A DNA stretch of 64,000 nucleotides. It comes from Eledone cirrhosa (taxonomy: Eukaryota). Each line of letters opens with the position of its first letter. Position 1 is the stretch's first letter. The stretch is taken from NCBI GenBank assembly GCA_964016885.1, contig OZ024755.1, positions 43,152,001 through 43,216,000 on the forward strand, read 5' to 3'. A program made the translations under genes and the position numbers. The notes below the pieces were generated by a model. The model did no database searches, was not told where the DNA came from, and saw only the letters and a list, made by a program, of their open reading frames with translations. This document shows, piece by piece, positions 26,001-38,399 of the stretch.

Positions 26001-29000
26001 TAGCTTAGGATAGCTTAGCTTAGCTTAGCTTAGGATAGCTTAGCTTAGCTTAGCTTAGGATAGCTTAGCTTAGCTTAGGATAGCTTAGCTTAGGTTAGCT
26101 TAGGATAGCTTAGCTTAGCTTAGGATAGCTTAGGATAGCTTAGCTTAGGAGAGCTTAGCTTAGCTTAGCTTAGGATAGCTTAGCTTAGCTTAGCTTAGGA
26201 TAGCTTAGCTTAGCTTAGCTTAGGATAGCTTAGCTTAGCTTAGCTTAGGATAGCTTAGCTTAGCTTAGCTTAGGATAGCTTAGCTTAGCTTAGGATAGCT
26301 TAGCTTAGCTTAGCTTAGGATAGCTTAGGATAGCTTAGGATAGCTTAGCTTAGGATAGCTTAGCTTAGGATAGCTTAGGATAGCTTAGCTTAGCTTAGCT
26401 TAGGATAGCTTAGCTTAGCTTAGCTTAGGATAGCTTAGCTTAGCTTAGCATAGCTTAGGATAGCTTAGCTTAGGATAGCTTAGGATAGCTTAGCTTAGGA
26501 TAGCTTAGCTTAGGATAGCTTAGGATAGCTTAGCTCAGGATAGCTTAGCTTAGGATAGCTTAGGATAGCTTAGCTTAGCTTAGCTTAGGATAGCTTAGCT
26601 TAGCTTAGGATAGCTTAGCTTAGCTTAGCTTAGGATAGCTTAGCTTAGCTTAGCTTAGGATAGCTTAGGATAGCTTAGCTTAGGATAGCTTAGGATAGCT
26701 TAGCTTAGGATAGCTTAGCTTAGGATAGCTTAGGATAGCTTAGCTTAGGATAGCTTAGCTTAGGATAGCTTAGGATAGCTTAGCTTAGGATAGCTTAGGA
26801 TAGCTTAGCTTAGCTTAGCTTAGGATAGCTTAGCTTAGTTTAGCTTAGCTTAGCTTGGCTTAGGATAGCTTAGCTTAGCTTAGCTTAGGATAGCTTAGCT
26901 TAGGATAGCTTAGGATAGCTTAGCTTAGGATAGCTTAGCTTAGGATAGCTTAGCTTAGCTTAGCTTAGGATAGCTTAGCTTAGCTTAGCTTAGGATAGCT
27001 TAGGATAGCTTAGCTTAGGATAGCTTTGGATAGCTTAGCTTAGGATAGCTTAGCTTAGGATAGCTTAGCTTAGGATAGCTTAGCTTAGGATAGCTTAGCT
27101 TAGGATAGCTTAGCTTAGCTTAGCTTAGGATAGCGTAGCTTAGCTTAGCTTAGGATAGCTTAGCTTAGGATAGCTTAGGATAGCTTAGGATAGCTTAGCT
27201 TAGGATAGCTTAGCTTAGGATAGCTTAGCTTAGCTTAGCTTAGGTTAGCTTAGGATAGCTTAGCTTAGGATAGCTTAGCTTAGCTTAGCTTAGGTTAGCT
27301 TAGGATAGCTTAGCTTAGGATAGCTTAGCTTAGGATAGCTTAGGATAGCTTAGCTTAGCTTAGCTTAGGATAGCTTAGCTTAGCTTAGCTAAGGATAGCT
27401 TAGCTTAGCTTAGGATAGCTTAGCTTAGCTTAGCTTAGGATAGCTTAGCTTAGCTTAGCTTAGGATAGCTTAGCTTAGCTTAGCTTAGGATAGCTTAGCT
27501 TAGGATAGCTTAGCTTAGCATAGCTTAGGATAGCTTAGCTTAGCTTAGCTTAGCTTAGGATAGCTTAGCTTAGCTTAGGATAGCTTAGCTTAGCTTAGCT
27601 TAGGATAGCTTAGCTTAGCTTAGCTTAGGATAGCTTAGCTTAGCTTAGCTTAGGATAGCTTAGGATAGCTTAGCTTAGCTTAGCTTAGCTTAGCTTAGGA
27701 TAGCTTAGCTTAGCTTAGCTTAGGATAGCTTAGCTTAGCTTAGCTTAGGATAGCTTAGCTTAGCTTAGGATAGCTTAGCTTAGCTTAGCTTAGGATAGCT
27801 TAGCTTAGCTTAGCTTACGATAGCTTAGCTTAGCTTAGCTTAGGATAGCTTAGCTTAGCTTAGCTTAGGATAGCTTAGCTTAGCTTAGCTTAGCATAGCT
27901 TAGCTTAGCTTAGCTTAGGATAGCTTAGCTTAGCTTAGCTTAGGATAGCTTAGCTTAGCTTAGGATAGCTTAGGATAGCTTAGGATAGCTTACCTTAGGA
28001 GAGCTTAGCTTAGGATAGCTTAGCTTAGGATAGCTTAGGATAGCTTAGCTTAGGATAGCTTAGCTTAGGATAGCTTAGCTTAGGATAGCTTAGGATAGCT
28101 TAGCTTATCTTAGGATAGCTTAGCTTAGCTTAGGATAGCTTAGGATAGCTTAGCTTAGGATAGCTTAGGATAGCTTAGCTTAGGATAGCTTAGGATAGCT
28201 TAGCTTAGCTTAGCTTAGGATAGCTTAGCTTAGCTTAGCTTAGGATAGCTTAGCTTAGCTTAGCTTAGCTTAAGATAGCTTAGGATAGCTTAGCTTAGGT
28301 TAGCTTAGGATAGCTTAGCTTGGGATAGCTTAGGATAGCTTAGCTTAGGATAGCTTAGGATAGCTTAGCTTAGCTTAGCTTAGCTTAGGATAGCTTAGCT
28401 TAGCTTAGGATAGCTTAGCTTAGGATAGCTTAGCTTAGCTTAGCTTAGGATAGCTTAGCTTAGCTTAGGATAGCTTAGCTTAGGATAGCTTAGCTTAGGA
28501 TAGCTTAGCTTAGGATAGCTTAGGATAGCTTAGCTTAGGATAGCTTAGCTTAGCTTAGCTTAGGATAGCTTAGCTTAGCTTAGCTTAGGATAGCTTAGCT
28601 TAGGATAGCTTAGGATAGCTTAGCTTAGCTTAGCTTAGGATAGCTTAGCTTAGCTTAGCTTAGGATAGCTTAGCTTAGGATAGCTTAGGATAGCTTAGCT
28701 TAGCTTAGCTTAGGATAGCTTAGCTTAGCTTAGCTTAGGATAGCTTAGCTTAGCTTAGGATAGCCTAGCTTAGCTTAGCTTAGGATGGCTTAGCTTAGCT
28801 TAGCTTAGGATAGCTTAGCTTAGTTTAGGATAGCTTAGCTTAGGATAGCTTAGCTTAGGATAGCTTAGGATAGCTTAGCTTAGGATAGCTTAGGATAGCT
28901 TAGCTTAGGATAGCTTAGCTTAGGATAGCTTAGGAAAGCTTAGCTTAGCTTAGCTTAGCATAGCTTAGCTTAGCTTAGCTTAGGATAGCTTAGCTTAGCT

Positions 29001-32000
29001 TAGCTTAGGATAGCTTAGCTTAGCTTAGCTTAGGATAGCTTAGGATAGCTTAGCTTAGGTTAGCTTAGCTTAGGATAGCTTAGGATAGCTTAGCTTAGGA
29101 TAGCTTAGGATAGCTTAGCTTAGGATAGCTTAGGATAGCTTAGCTTAGCTTAGCTTAGGATAGCTTAGCTTAGCTTAGCTTAGGATAGCTTAGCTTAGCT
29201 TAGCTTAGCTTAGGATAGCTTAGCTTAGCTTAGCTTAGGATAGCTTAGCTTAGCTTAGCTTAGGATAGCTTAGGATAGCTTAGGATAGCTTAGCTTAGGA
29301 TAGCTTAGCTTAGGATAGCTTAGCTTAGCTTAGCTTAGGATAGCTTAGCTTAGGATAGCTTAGGATAGCTTAGCTTAGGATAGCTTAGCTTAGGATAGCT
29401 TAGGATAGCTTAGCTTAGCTTAGCTTAGCTTAGCTTAGCTTAGCTTAGGATAGCTTAGCTTAGCTTAGGATAGCTTAGCTTAGCTTAGCTTAGGATAGCT
29501 TAGCTTAGCTTAGCTTAGCTTAGCTTAGCTTAGGATAGCTTAGCTTAGCTTAGCTTAGGATAGCTTAGCTTAGGATAGCTTAGCTTAGCTTTGCTTAGGA
29601 TAGCTTAGCTTAGGATAGCTTAGCTTAGGTTAGCTTAGCTTAGCTTAGCTTAGCATAGCTTAGGATAGCTTAGCTTAGGATAGCTTAGCTTAGCTTAGCT
29701 TAGGATAGCTTAGCTTAGCTTAGCTTAGGATAGCTTAGCTTAGCTTAGGATAGCTTAGCTTAGCTTAGCTTAGGATAGCTTAGCTTAGCTTAGCTTAGGA
29801 TAGCTTAGCTTAGCTTAGGATAGCTTAGCTTAGCTTAGCTTAGGATAGCTTAGCTTAGCTTAGCTTAGGATCGCTTAGCTTAGCTTAGCTTAGGATAGCT
29901 TAGCTTAACTTAGCTTAGGATAGCTTAGCTTAGCTTAGCTTAGGATAGCTTAGTTTAGCTTAGCTTAGGATAGCTTAGCTTAGCTTAGCTTAGGATCGCT
30001 TAGCTTAGCTTAGCTTAGGATAGCTTAGCTTAGCTTAGCTTAGCTTAGGATAGCTTAGCTTAGGATAGCTTAGCTTAGCTTAGGATAGCTTAGCTTAGCT
30101 TAGCTTAGGATAGCTTAGCTTAGCTTAGGATAGCTTAGGATAGCTTAGCTTAGGAGAGCTTAGCTTAGCTTAGCTTAGGATAGCTTAGCTTAACTTAGCT
30201 TAGGATAGCTTAGCTTAGCTTAGCTTAGGATAGCTTAGCTTAGCTTAGCTTAGGATAGCTTAGCTTAGCTTAGGATAGCTTAGCTTAGCTTAGCTTAGGA
30301 TAGCTTAGGATAGCTTACCTTAGGAGAGCTTAGCTTAGGATAGCTTAGCTTAGGATAGCTTAGGATAGCTTAGGATAGCTTAGCTTAGGATAGCTTAGCT
30401 TAGCTTAGCTTAGGATAGCTTAGGATAGCTTAGCTTAGGATAGTTTAGGATAGCTTAGCTTAGGATAGCTTAGGATAGCTTAGCTTAGGATAGCTTAGGA
30501 TAGCTTAGCTTAGGATAGCTTAGCTTAGCTTAGCTTAGGATAGCTTAGCTTAGGATAGCTTAGGATAGCTTAGCTTAGGATAGCTTAGCTTAGGATAGCT
30601 TAGGATAGCTTAGCTTAGCTTAGCTTAGCTTAGCTTAGCTTAGCTTAGGATAGCTTAGCTTAGCTTAGCTTAGGATAGCTTAGCTTAGCTTAGCTTAGGA
30701 TAGCTTAGCTTAGCTTAGCTTAGCTTAGCTTAGCTTAGCTTAGCTTAGCTTAGGATAGCTTAGCTTAGCTTAGCTTAGGATAGCTTAGCTTAGCTTAGCT
30801 TAGGATAGCTTAGCTTAGGATAGCTTAGGATAGCTTAGCTTAGCTTAGCTTAGGATAGCTTAGCTTAGGATAGCTTAGGATAGCTTAGCTTAGCTTAGCT
30901 TAGGATAGCTTAGCTTAGCTTAGCTTAGGATAGCTTAGCTTAGCTTAGGATAGCTTAGCTTAGCTTAGCTTAGGATAGCTTAGCTTAGCTTAGCTTAGGA
31001 TAGCTTAGCTTAGCTTAGCTTTGCTTAGGATAGCTTAGTTTAGCTTAGCTTAGGATAGCTTAGCTTAGCTTAGCTTAGGATAGCTTAGCTTAGCTTAGCT
31101 TAGGATAGCTTAGCTTAGCTTAGCTTAGCTTAGCTTAGCTTAGGATAGCTTAGCTTAGCTTAGCTTAGGATAGCTTAGCTTAGCTTAGCTTAGGATAGCT
31201 TAGCTTAGCTTAGCTTAGCTTAGGATAGCTTAGCTTAGGATAGCTTAGGATAGCTTAGCTTAGCTTAGCTTAGGATAGCTTAGGATAGCTTAGGATAGCT
31301 TAGCTTAGGATAGCTTAGCTTAGGATAGCTTAGCTTAGGATAGCTTAGGATAGCTTAGCTTAGGATAGCTTAGGATAGCTTAGCTTAGGATAGCTTAGCT
31401 TAGGATAGCTTAGGATAGCTTAGCTTAACTTAGCTTAGCTTAGGATAGCTTAGCTTAGCTTAGGATAGCTTAGCTTAGCTTAGCTTAGGATAGCTTAGCT
31501 TAGGATAGCTTAGTATAGCTTAGCTTAGCTTAGCTTAGGATAGCTTAGGATAGCTTAGGATAGATTAGCTTAGGATAGCTTAGCTTAGGATAGATTAGGA
31601 TAGCTTAGCTTAGGATAGCTTAGGATAGCTTAGCTTAGGATAGCTTAGCTTAGGATAGCTTAGGATAGCTTAGCTTAACTTAGCTTAGCTTAGGATAGCT
31701 TAGCTTAGCTTAGCTTAGGATAGCTTAGCTTAGCTTAGCTTAGGATAGCTTAGGATAGATTAGCTTAGGATAGCTTAGCTTAGGATAGCTTAGCTTAGGA
31801 TAGCTTAGCTTAGCTTAGCTTAGCTTAGCTTAGGATAGCTTAGGATAGCTTAGCTTCGGATAGCTTAGGATAGCTTAGCTTAGGATAGATTAGGATAGCT
31901 TAGCTTAGGATAGCTTAGGATAGCTTAGCTTAGGATAGCTTAGCTTAGGATAGCTTAGCTTAGGATAGCTTAGGATAGCTTAGCTTAGCTTAGCTTAGGA

Positions 32001-35000
32001 TAGCTTAGCTTAGCTTAGCTTAGGATAGCTTAGCTTAGCTTAGGATAGCTTAGCTTAGCTTAGGATAGCTTAGCTTAGCTTAGCTTAGGATAGCTTAGCT
32101 TAGCTTAGCTTAGGATAGCTTAGCTTAGCTTAGCTTAGGATAGCTTAGCTTAGGATAGCTTAGGATAGCTTAGCTTAGGATAGCTTAGGATAGCTTAGCT
32201 TAGGATAGCTTAGCTTAGCTTAGCTTAGGTAGCTTAGCTTAGCTTAGGATAGCTTAGCTTAGCTTAGCTTAGGATAGCTTAGCTTAGGATAGCTTAGGAA
32301 AGCTTAGCTTAGCTTAGCTTAGGATAGCTTAGCTTAGCTTAGCTTAGGATAGCTTAGCTTAGCTTAGTTTAGGATAGCTTAGCTTAGCTTAGCTTAGCTT
32401 AGGATAGCTTTGCTTAGCTTAGCTTAGGATAAATTAGCTTAGGATAGCTTAGTTTAGGATAGCTTAGCTTAGCTTAGCTTAGGATAGCTTAGCTTAGCTT
32501 AGCTTAGGATAGCTTAGCTTAGCTTAGCTTAGGATAGCTTAGCTTAGCTTAGCTTAGGATAGCTTAGCTAAGCTTAGCTTAGCTTAGGATAGCTTAGCTT
32601 AGCTTAGCTTAGCTTAGCTTAGCTTGGCTTAGGATAGCTTAGCTTAGCTTAGCTTAGGATAGCTTAGCTTAGCTTAGCTTAGCTTAGCTTAGGATAGCTT
32701 AGGATAGCTTAGCTTAGGATAGCTTAGGATAGATTAGCTTAGCTTAGCTTAGGATAGCTTAGCTTAGCTTAGCTTAGGATAGCTTAGCTTAGCTTAGGAT
32801 AGCTTAGCTTAGCTTAGCTTAGGATAGCTTAGCTTAGCTTAGCTTAGGATAGCTTAGCTTAGCTTAGCTTAGGATAGCTTAGCTTAGCTTAGGATAGCTT
32901 AGCTTAGCTTAGGATAGCTTAGGATAGCTTAGCTTAGCTTAGGATAGCTTAGGATAGCTTAGCTTAGGATAGCTTAGGATAGCTTAGCTTAGGATAGCTT
33001 AGGATAGCTTAGCTTAGGATAGCTTAGGATAGCTTAGCTTAGGATAGCTTAGCTTAGGATAGCTTAGGATAGATTAGCTTAGCTTAGCTTAGGATAGCTT
33101 AGCTTAGCTTAGCTTAGGATAGCTTAGCTTAGCTTAGGATAGCTTAGCTTAGCTTAGCTTAGGATAGCTTAGCTTAGCTTAGCTTAGGATAGCTTAGCTT
33201 AGCTTAGCTTAGGATAGCTTAGCTTAGCTTAGGATAGCTTAGCTTAGCTTAGGATAGCTTAGGATAGCTTAGCTTAGCTTAGGATAGCTTAGGATAGCTT
33301 AGGATAGCTTAGCTTAGGATAGCTTAGGATAGCTTAGCTTAGCTTAGGATAGCTTAGCTTAGCTTAGCTTAGGATAGCTTAGCTTAGCTTAGCTTAGGAT
33401 AGCTTAGCTTAGGTTAGCTTAGCTTAGCTTAGCTTAGGATAGGTTAGCTTAGGATAGCTTAGGATTGCTTAGCTTAGCTTAGCTTAGGATAGCTTAGCTT
33501 AGCTTAGCTTAGGATAGCTTAGCTTAGCTTAGGATAGCTTAGCTTAGCTTAGCTTAGGATAGCTTAGCTTAGCTTAGCTTAGGATAGCTTAGCTTAGCTT
33601 AGCTTAGGATAGCTTAGCTTAGCTTAGGATAGCTTAGCTTAGCTTAGCTTAGGATAGCTTAGCTTAGCTTAGGATAGCTTAGCTTAGCTTAGCTTAGGAT
33701 AGCTTAGCTTAGCTTAGCTTAGGTAGCTTAGCTTAGCTTAGCTTAGGATAGCTTAGCTTAGCTTAGCTTAGGATAGCTTAGCTTAGCTTAGCTTAGCTTA
33801 GCTTAGCTTAGCTTAGCTTAGCTTAGCTTAGGATAGCTTAGCTTAGCTTAGGATAGCTTACCTTAGGAGAGCTTAGCTTAGGATAGCTTAGCTTAGGATA
33901 GCTTAGCTTAGCTTAGGATAGCTTAGCTTAGCTTAGCTTAGGATAGCTTAGGATAGCTTAGCTTAGGATAGCTTAGGATAGCTTAGGATAGCTTAGCTTA
34001 GGATAGCTTAGCTTAGCTTAGCTTAGGATAGCTTAGCTTAGCTTAGCTTAGGATAGCTTAGGATAGCTTAGCTTAGGATAGCTTAGGATAGCTTAGCTTA
34101 GGATAGCTTAGGATAGCTTAGCTTAGGATAGCTTAGGATAGCTTAGCTTAGGATAGCTTAGGATAGCTTAGCTTAGGATAGCTTAGCTTAGCTTAGGATA
34201 GCTTAGCTTAGCTTAGCTTAGGATAGCTTAGCTTAGCTTAGGATAGCTTAGCTTAGCTTAGCTTAGGATAGCTTAGCTTAGCTTAGGATAGCTTAGCTTA
34301 GCTTAGCTTAGGATAGCTTAGCTTAGGATAGCTTAGCTTAGGATAGCTTAGGATAGCTTAGCTTAGGATAGCTTAGCTTAGCTTAGCTTAGGATAGCTTA
34401 GCTTAGCTTAGCTTAGGATAGCTTAGCTTAGCTTAGCTTAGGATAGCTTAGCTTAGCTTAGCTTCGGATAGCTTAGGATAGCTTAGCTTAGGATAGCTTA
34501 GCTTAGCTTAGGATAGCTTAGCTTAGCTTAGCTTAGGATAGCTTAGCTTAGGATAGCTTAGGATAGCTTAGGATAGCTTAGCTTAGCTTAGCTTAGGATA
34601 GCTTAGCTTAGCTTAGCTTAGGATAGCTTAGCTTAGCTTAGGATAGCTTAGCTTAGCTTAGCTTAGGATAGCTTAGCTTAGGATAGCTTAGGAAAGCTTA
34701 GCTTAGCTTAGCTTAGGATAGCTTAGCTTAGCTTAGCTTAGGTTAGCTTAGCTTAGCTTAGGATAACTTAGCTTAGCTTAGCTTAGGATAGCTTAGCTTA
34801 GCTTAGCTTAGGATAGCTTAGGATAGCTTAGCTTAGGATAGCTTAGGATAGCTTAGCTTAGGATAGCTTAGGATAGCTTAGCTTAGGATAGCTTAGGATA
34901 GCTTAGCTTAGGATAGCTTAGCTTAGCTTAGTATAGCTTAGCTTAGCTTAGCTTAGGATAGCTTAGCTTAGCTTAGGATAGCTTAGCTTAGCTTAGCTTA

Positions 35001-38000
35001 GGATAGCTTAGCTTAGCTTAGGATAGCTTAGCTTAGCTTAGCTTAGGATAGCTTAGCTTAGCTTAGGATAGCTTAGCTTAGCTTAGGATAGCTTAGCTTA
35101 GCTTAGGTTGGCTTAGCTTAGCTTAGCTTAGGATAGCTTAGCTTAGGATAGCTTAGGATAGCTTAGCTTAGGATAGCTTAGGATAGCTTAGCTTAGGATA
35201 GCTTAGCTTAGGATAGCTTAGGATAGCTTAGCTTAGGATAGCTTAGGATAGCTTAGCTTAGGATAGCTTAGCTTAGCTTAGCTTAGGATAGCTTAGCTTA
35301 GCTTAGCTTAGGATAGCTTAGCTTAGCTTAGCTTAGGATAGCTTAGCTTAGCTTAGCTTCGGATAGCTTAGGATAGCTTAGCTTAGGATAGCTTAGCTTA
35401 GCTTAGCTTAGGATAGCTTAGCTTAGCTTAGCTTAGGATAGCTTAGCTTAGCTTAGCTTCGGATAGCTTAGGATAGCTTAGCTTAGGATAGCTTAGGATA
35501 GCTTAGGATAGCTTAGCTTAGCTTAGCTTAGGATAGCTTAGCTTAGCTTAGCTTAGGATAGCTTAGCTTAGCTTAGCTTAGGATAGCTTAGCTTAGCTTA
35601 GCTTAGGATAGCTTAGCTTAGGTTGGCTTAGCTTAGCTTAGCTTAGGATAGCTTAGCTTAGGATAGCTTAGGATAGCTTAGCTTAGGATAGCTTAGGATA
35701 GCTTAGCTTAGGATAGCTTAGCTTAGGATAGCTTAGGATAGCTTAGCTTAGGATAGCTTAGGATAGCTTAGCTTAGGATAGCTTAGCTTAGCTTAGCTTA
35801 GGATAGCTTAGCTTAGCTTAGCTTAGGATAGCTTAGCTTAGCTTAGGATAGCTTAGCTTAGCTTAGCTTCGGATAGCTTAGGATAGCTTAGCTTAGGATA
35901 GCTTAGCTTAGCTTAGCTTAGGATAGCTTAGCTTAGCTTAGCTTAGGATAGCTTAGCTTAGCTTAGCTTAGGATAGCTTAGGATAGCTTAGCTTAGGATA
36001 GCTTAGGATAGCTTAGGATAGCTTAGCTTAGCTTAGCTTAGGATAGCTTAGCTTAGCTTAGCTTAGGATAGCTTAGCTTAGCTTAGCTTAGGATAGCTTA
36101 GCTTCGCTTAGCTTAGGATAGCTTAGCTTAGCTTAGCTTAGGATAGCTTAGGATAGCTTAGCTTAGGATAGCTTAGGATAGCTTAGGATAGCTTAGCTTA
36201 GCTTAGCTTAGGATAGCTTAGCTTAGCTTAGCTCAGGATAGCTTAGCTTAGCTTAGCTTAGGATAGCTTATCTTAGCTTAGCTTAGGATAGCTTAGCTTA
36301 GGTTAGCTTAGGATAGATTAGCTTAGCTTAGCTTAGGATAGCTTAGCTTAGCTTGGCTTAGGATAGCTTAGCTTAGCTTAGCTTAGGATAGCCTAGCTTA
36401 GCTTAGCTTAGTATGACTTAGCTTAGCTTAGCTTAGGATAGCTTAGCTTAGCTTAGCTTAGGATAGCTTAGCTTAGTTTAGGATAGCTTAGCTTAGCTTA
36501 GCTTAGCTTAGGATAGCTTAGGATAGCTTAGCTTAGGATAGCTTAGGATAGCTTATCTTAGGATAGCTTAGCTTAGGATAGCTTAGCTTAGGATAGCTTC
36601 GGATAGCTTAGCTTAGGATAGCTTAGGATAGCTTAGCTTAGGATAGCTTAGGATAGCTTAGCTTAGGATAATTTAGCTTAGGATAGCTTAGGATAGCTTA
36701 GCTTAGCTTAGCTTAGGATAGCTTAGCTTAGCTTAGCTTAGGATAGCTTAGCTTAGCTTAGCTTAGGATAGCTTAGGATAGCTTAGCTTAGGATAGTTTA
36801 GGATAGCTTAGCTTAGGATAGCTTAGGATAGCTTAGCTTAGGATAGCTTAGGATAGCTTAGCTTAGGATAGCTTAGCTTAGGATAGCTTAGCTTAGGATA
36901 GCTTAGCTTAGCTTAGCTTAGGATAGCTTAGCTTAGGATAGCTTAGGATAGCTTAGGATAGCTTAGCTTAGGATAGCTTAGGATAGCTTAGCTTAGCTTA
37001 GCTTAGGATAGCTTAGCTTAGCTTAGCTTAGGATAGCTTAGCTTAGCTTAGCTTAGGATAGCTTAGCTTAGCTTAGGATAGCTTAGCTTAGCTTAGCTTA
37101 GGATAGCTTAGCTTAGCTTAGCTTAGGATAGCTTAGGATAGCTTACCTTAGGATAGCTTAGGATAGCTTAGCTTAGGATAGCTTAGGATAGCTTAGCTTA
37201 GGATAGCTTAGCTTAGGATAGCTTAGCTTAGCTTAGCTTAGGATAGCTTAGCTTAGCTTAGCTTAGGATAGCTTAGCTTAGCTTAGGATAGCCTAGCTTA
37301 GCTTAGCTTAGGATAGCTTAGCTTAGCTTGGCTTAGGATAGCTTAGCTTAGCTTAGGATAGCTTAGCTTGGCTTAGCTTAGGATAGCTTAGCTTAGCTTA
37401 GCTTAGGATAGCTTAGCTTAGCTTAGCTTAGGATAGCTTAGCTTAGTTTAGGATAGCTTAGCTTAGCTTAGCTTAGGATAGCTTAGCTTAGCTTGGCTTA
37501 GGATAGCTTAGCTTAGCTTAGCTTAGGATAGCTTAGCTTAGCTTAGGATAGCTTAGGATAGCTTAGCTTAGGATAGCTTTGGATAGCTTAGCTTAGGATA
37601 GCTTAGCTTAGGATAGCTTAGCTTAGGATAGCTTAGGATATCTTAGCTTAGGATAGCTTAGCTTAGGATAGCTTAGGATAGCTTAGCTTAGCTTAGGATA
37701 GCTTAGCTTAGCTTAGCTTAGGATAGTTTAGCTTAGCTTAGCTTAGCTTAGGATAGCTTAGCTTAGCTTAGCTTAGCTTAGGATAGCTTAGCTTAGCTTA
37801 GCTTAGGATAGCTTAGGATAGCTTAGCTTAGGATAGCTTAGCTTAGGATAGCTTAGCTTAGCTTAGCTTAGGTTAGCTTAGCTTAGGATAGCTTAGGATA
37901 GCTTAGCTTAGGATAGCTTAGCTTAGGATAGCTTAGGATAACTTAGCTTAGCTTAGCTTAGGATAGCTTAGCTTAGCCTAGCTAAGGATAGCTTAGCTTA

Positions 38001-38399
38001 GCTTAGGATAGCTTAGCTTAGCTTAGCTTAGGATAGCTTAGCTTAGCTTAGCTTAGCTTAGGATAGCTTAGCTTAGCTTAGGATAGCTTAGGATAGCTTA
38101 GGATAGCTTAGCTTAGCTTAGCTTAGGATAGCTTAGCTTAGCTTAGCTTAGGATAGCTTAGCTTAGCTTAGCTTAGAATAGCTTAGCTTAGCTTAGGATA
38201 GCTTAGCTTAGCTTAGCTTAGGATAGCTTAGCTTAGCTTAGCTTAGGATAGCTTAGCTTAGCTTAGCTTAGGATAGCTTAGCTTAGCTTAGGATAGCTTA
38301 GCTTAGCTTAGCTTAGGATAGCTTAGCTTAGCTTAGCTTAGGATAGCTTAGCTTAGCTTAGGATAGCTTAGCTTAGCTTAGCTTAGGATAGCTTAGCTT

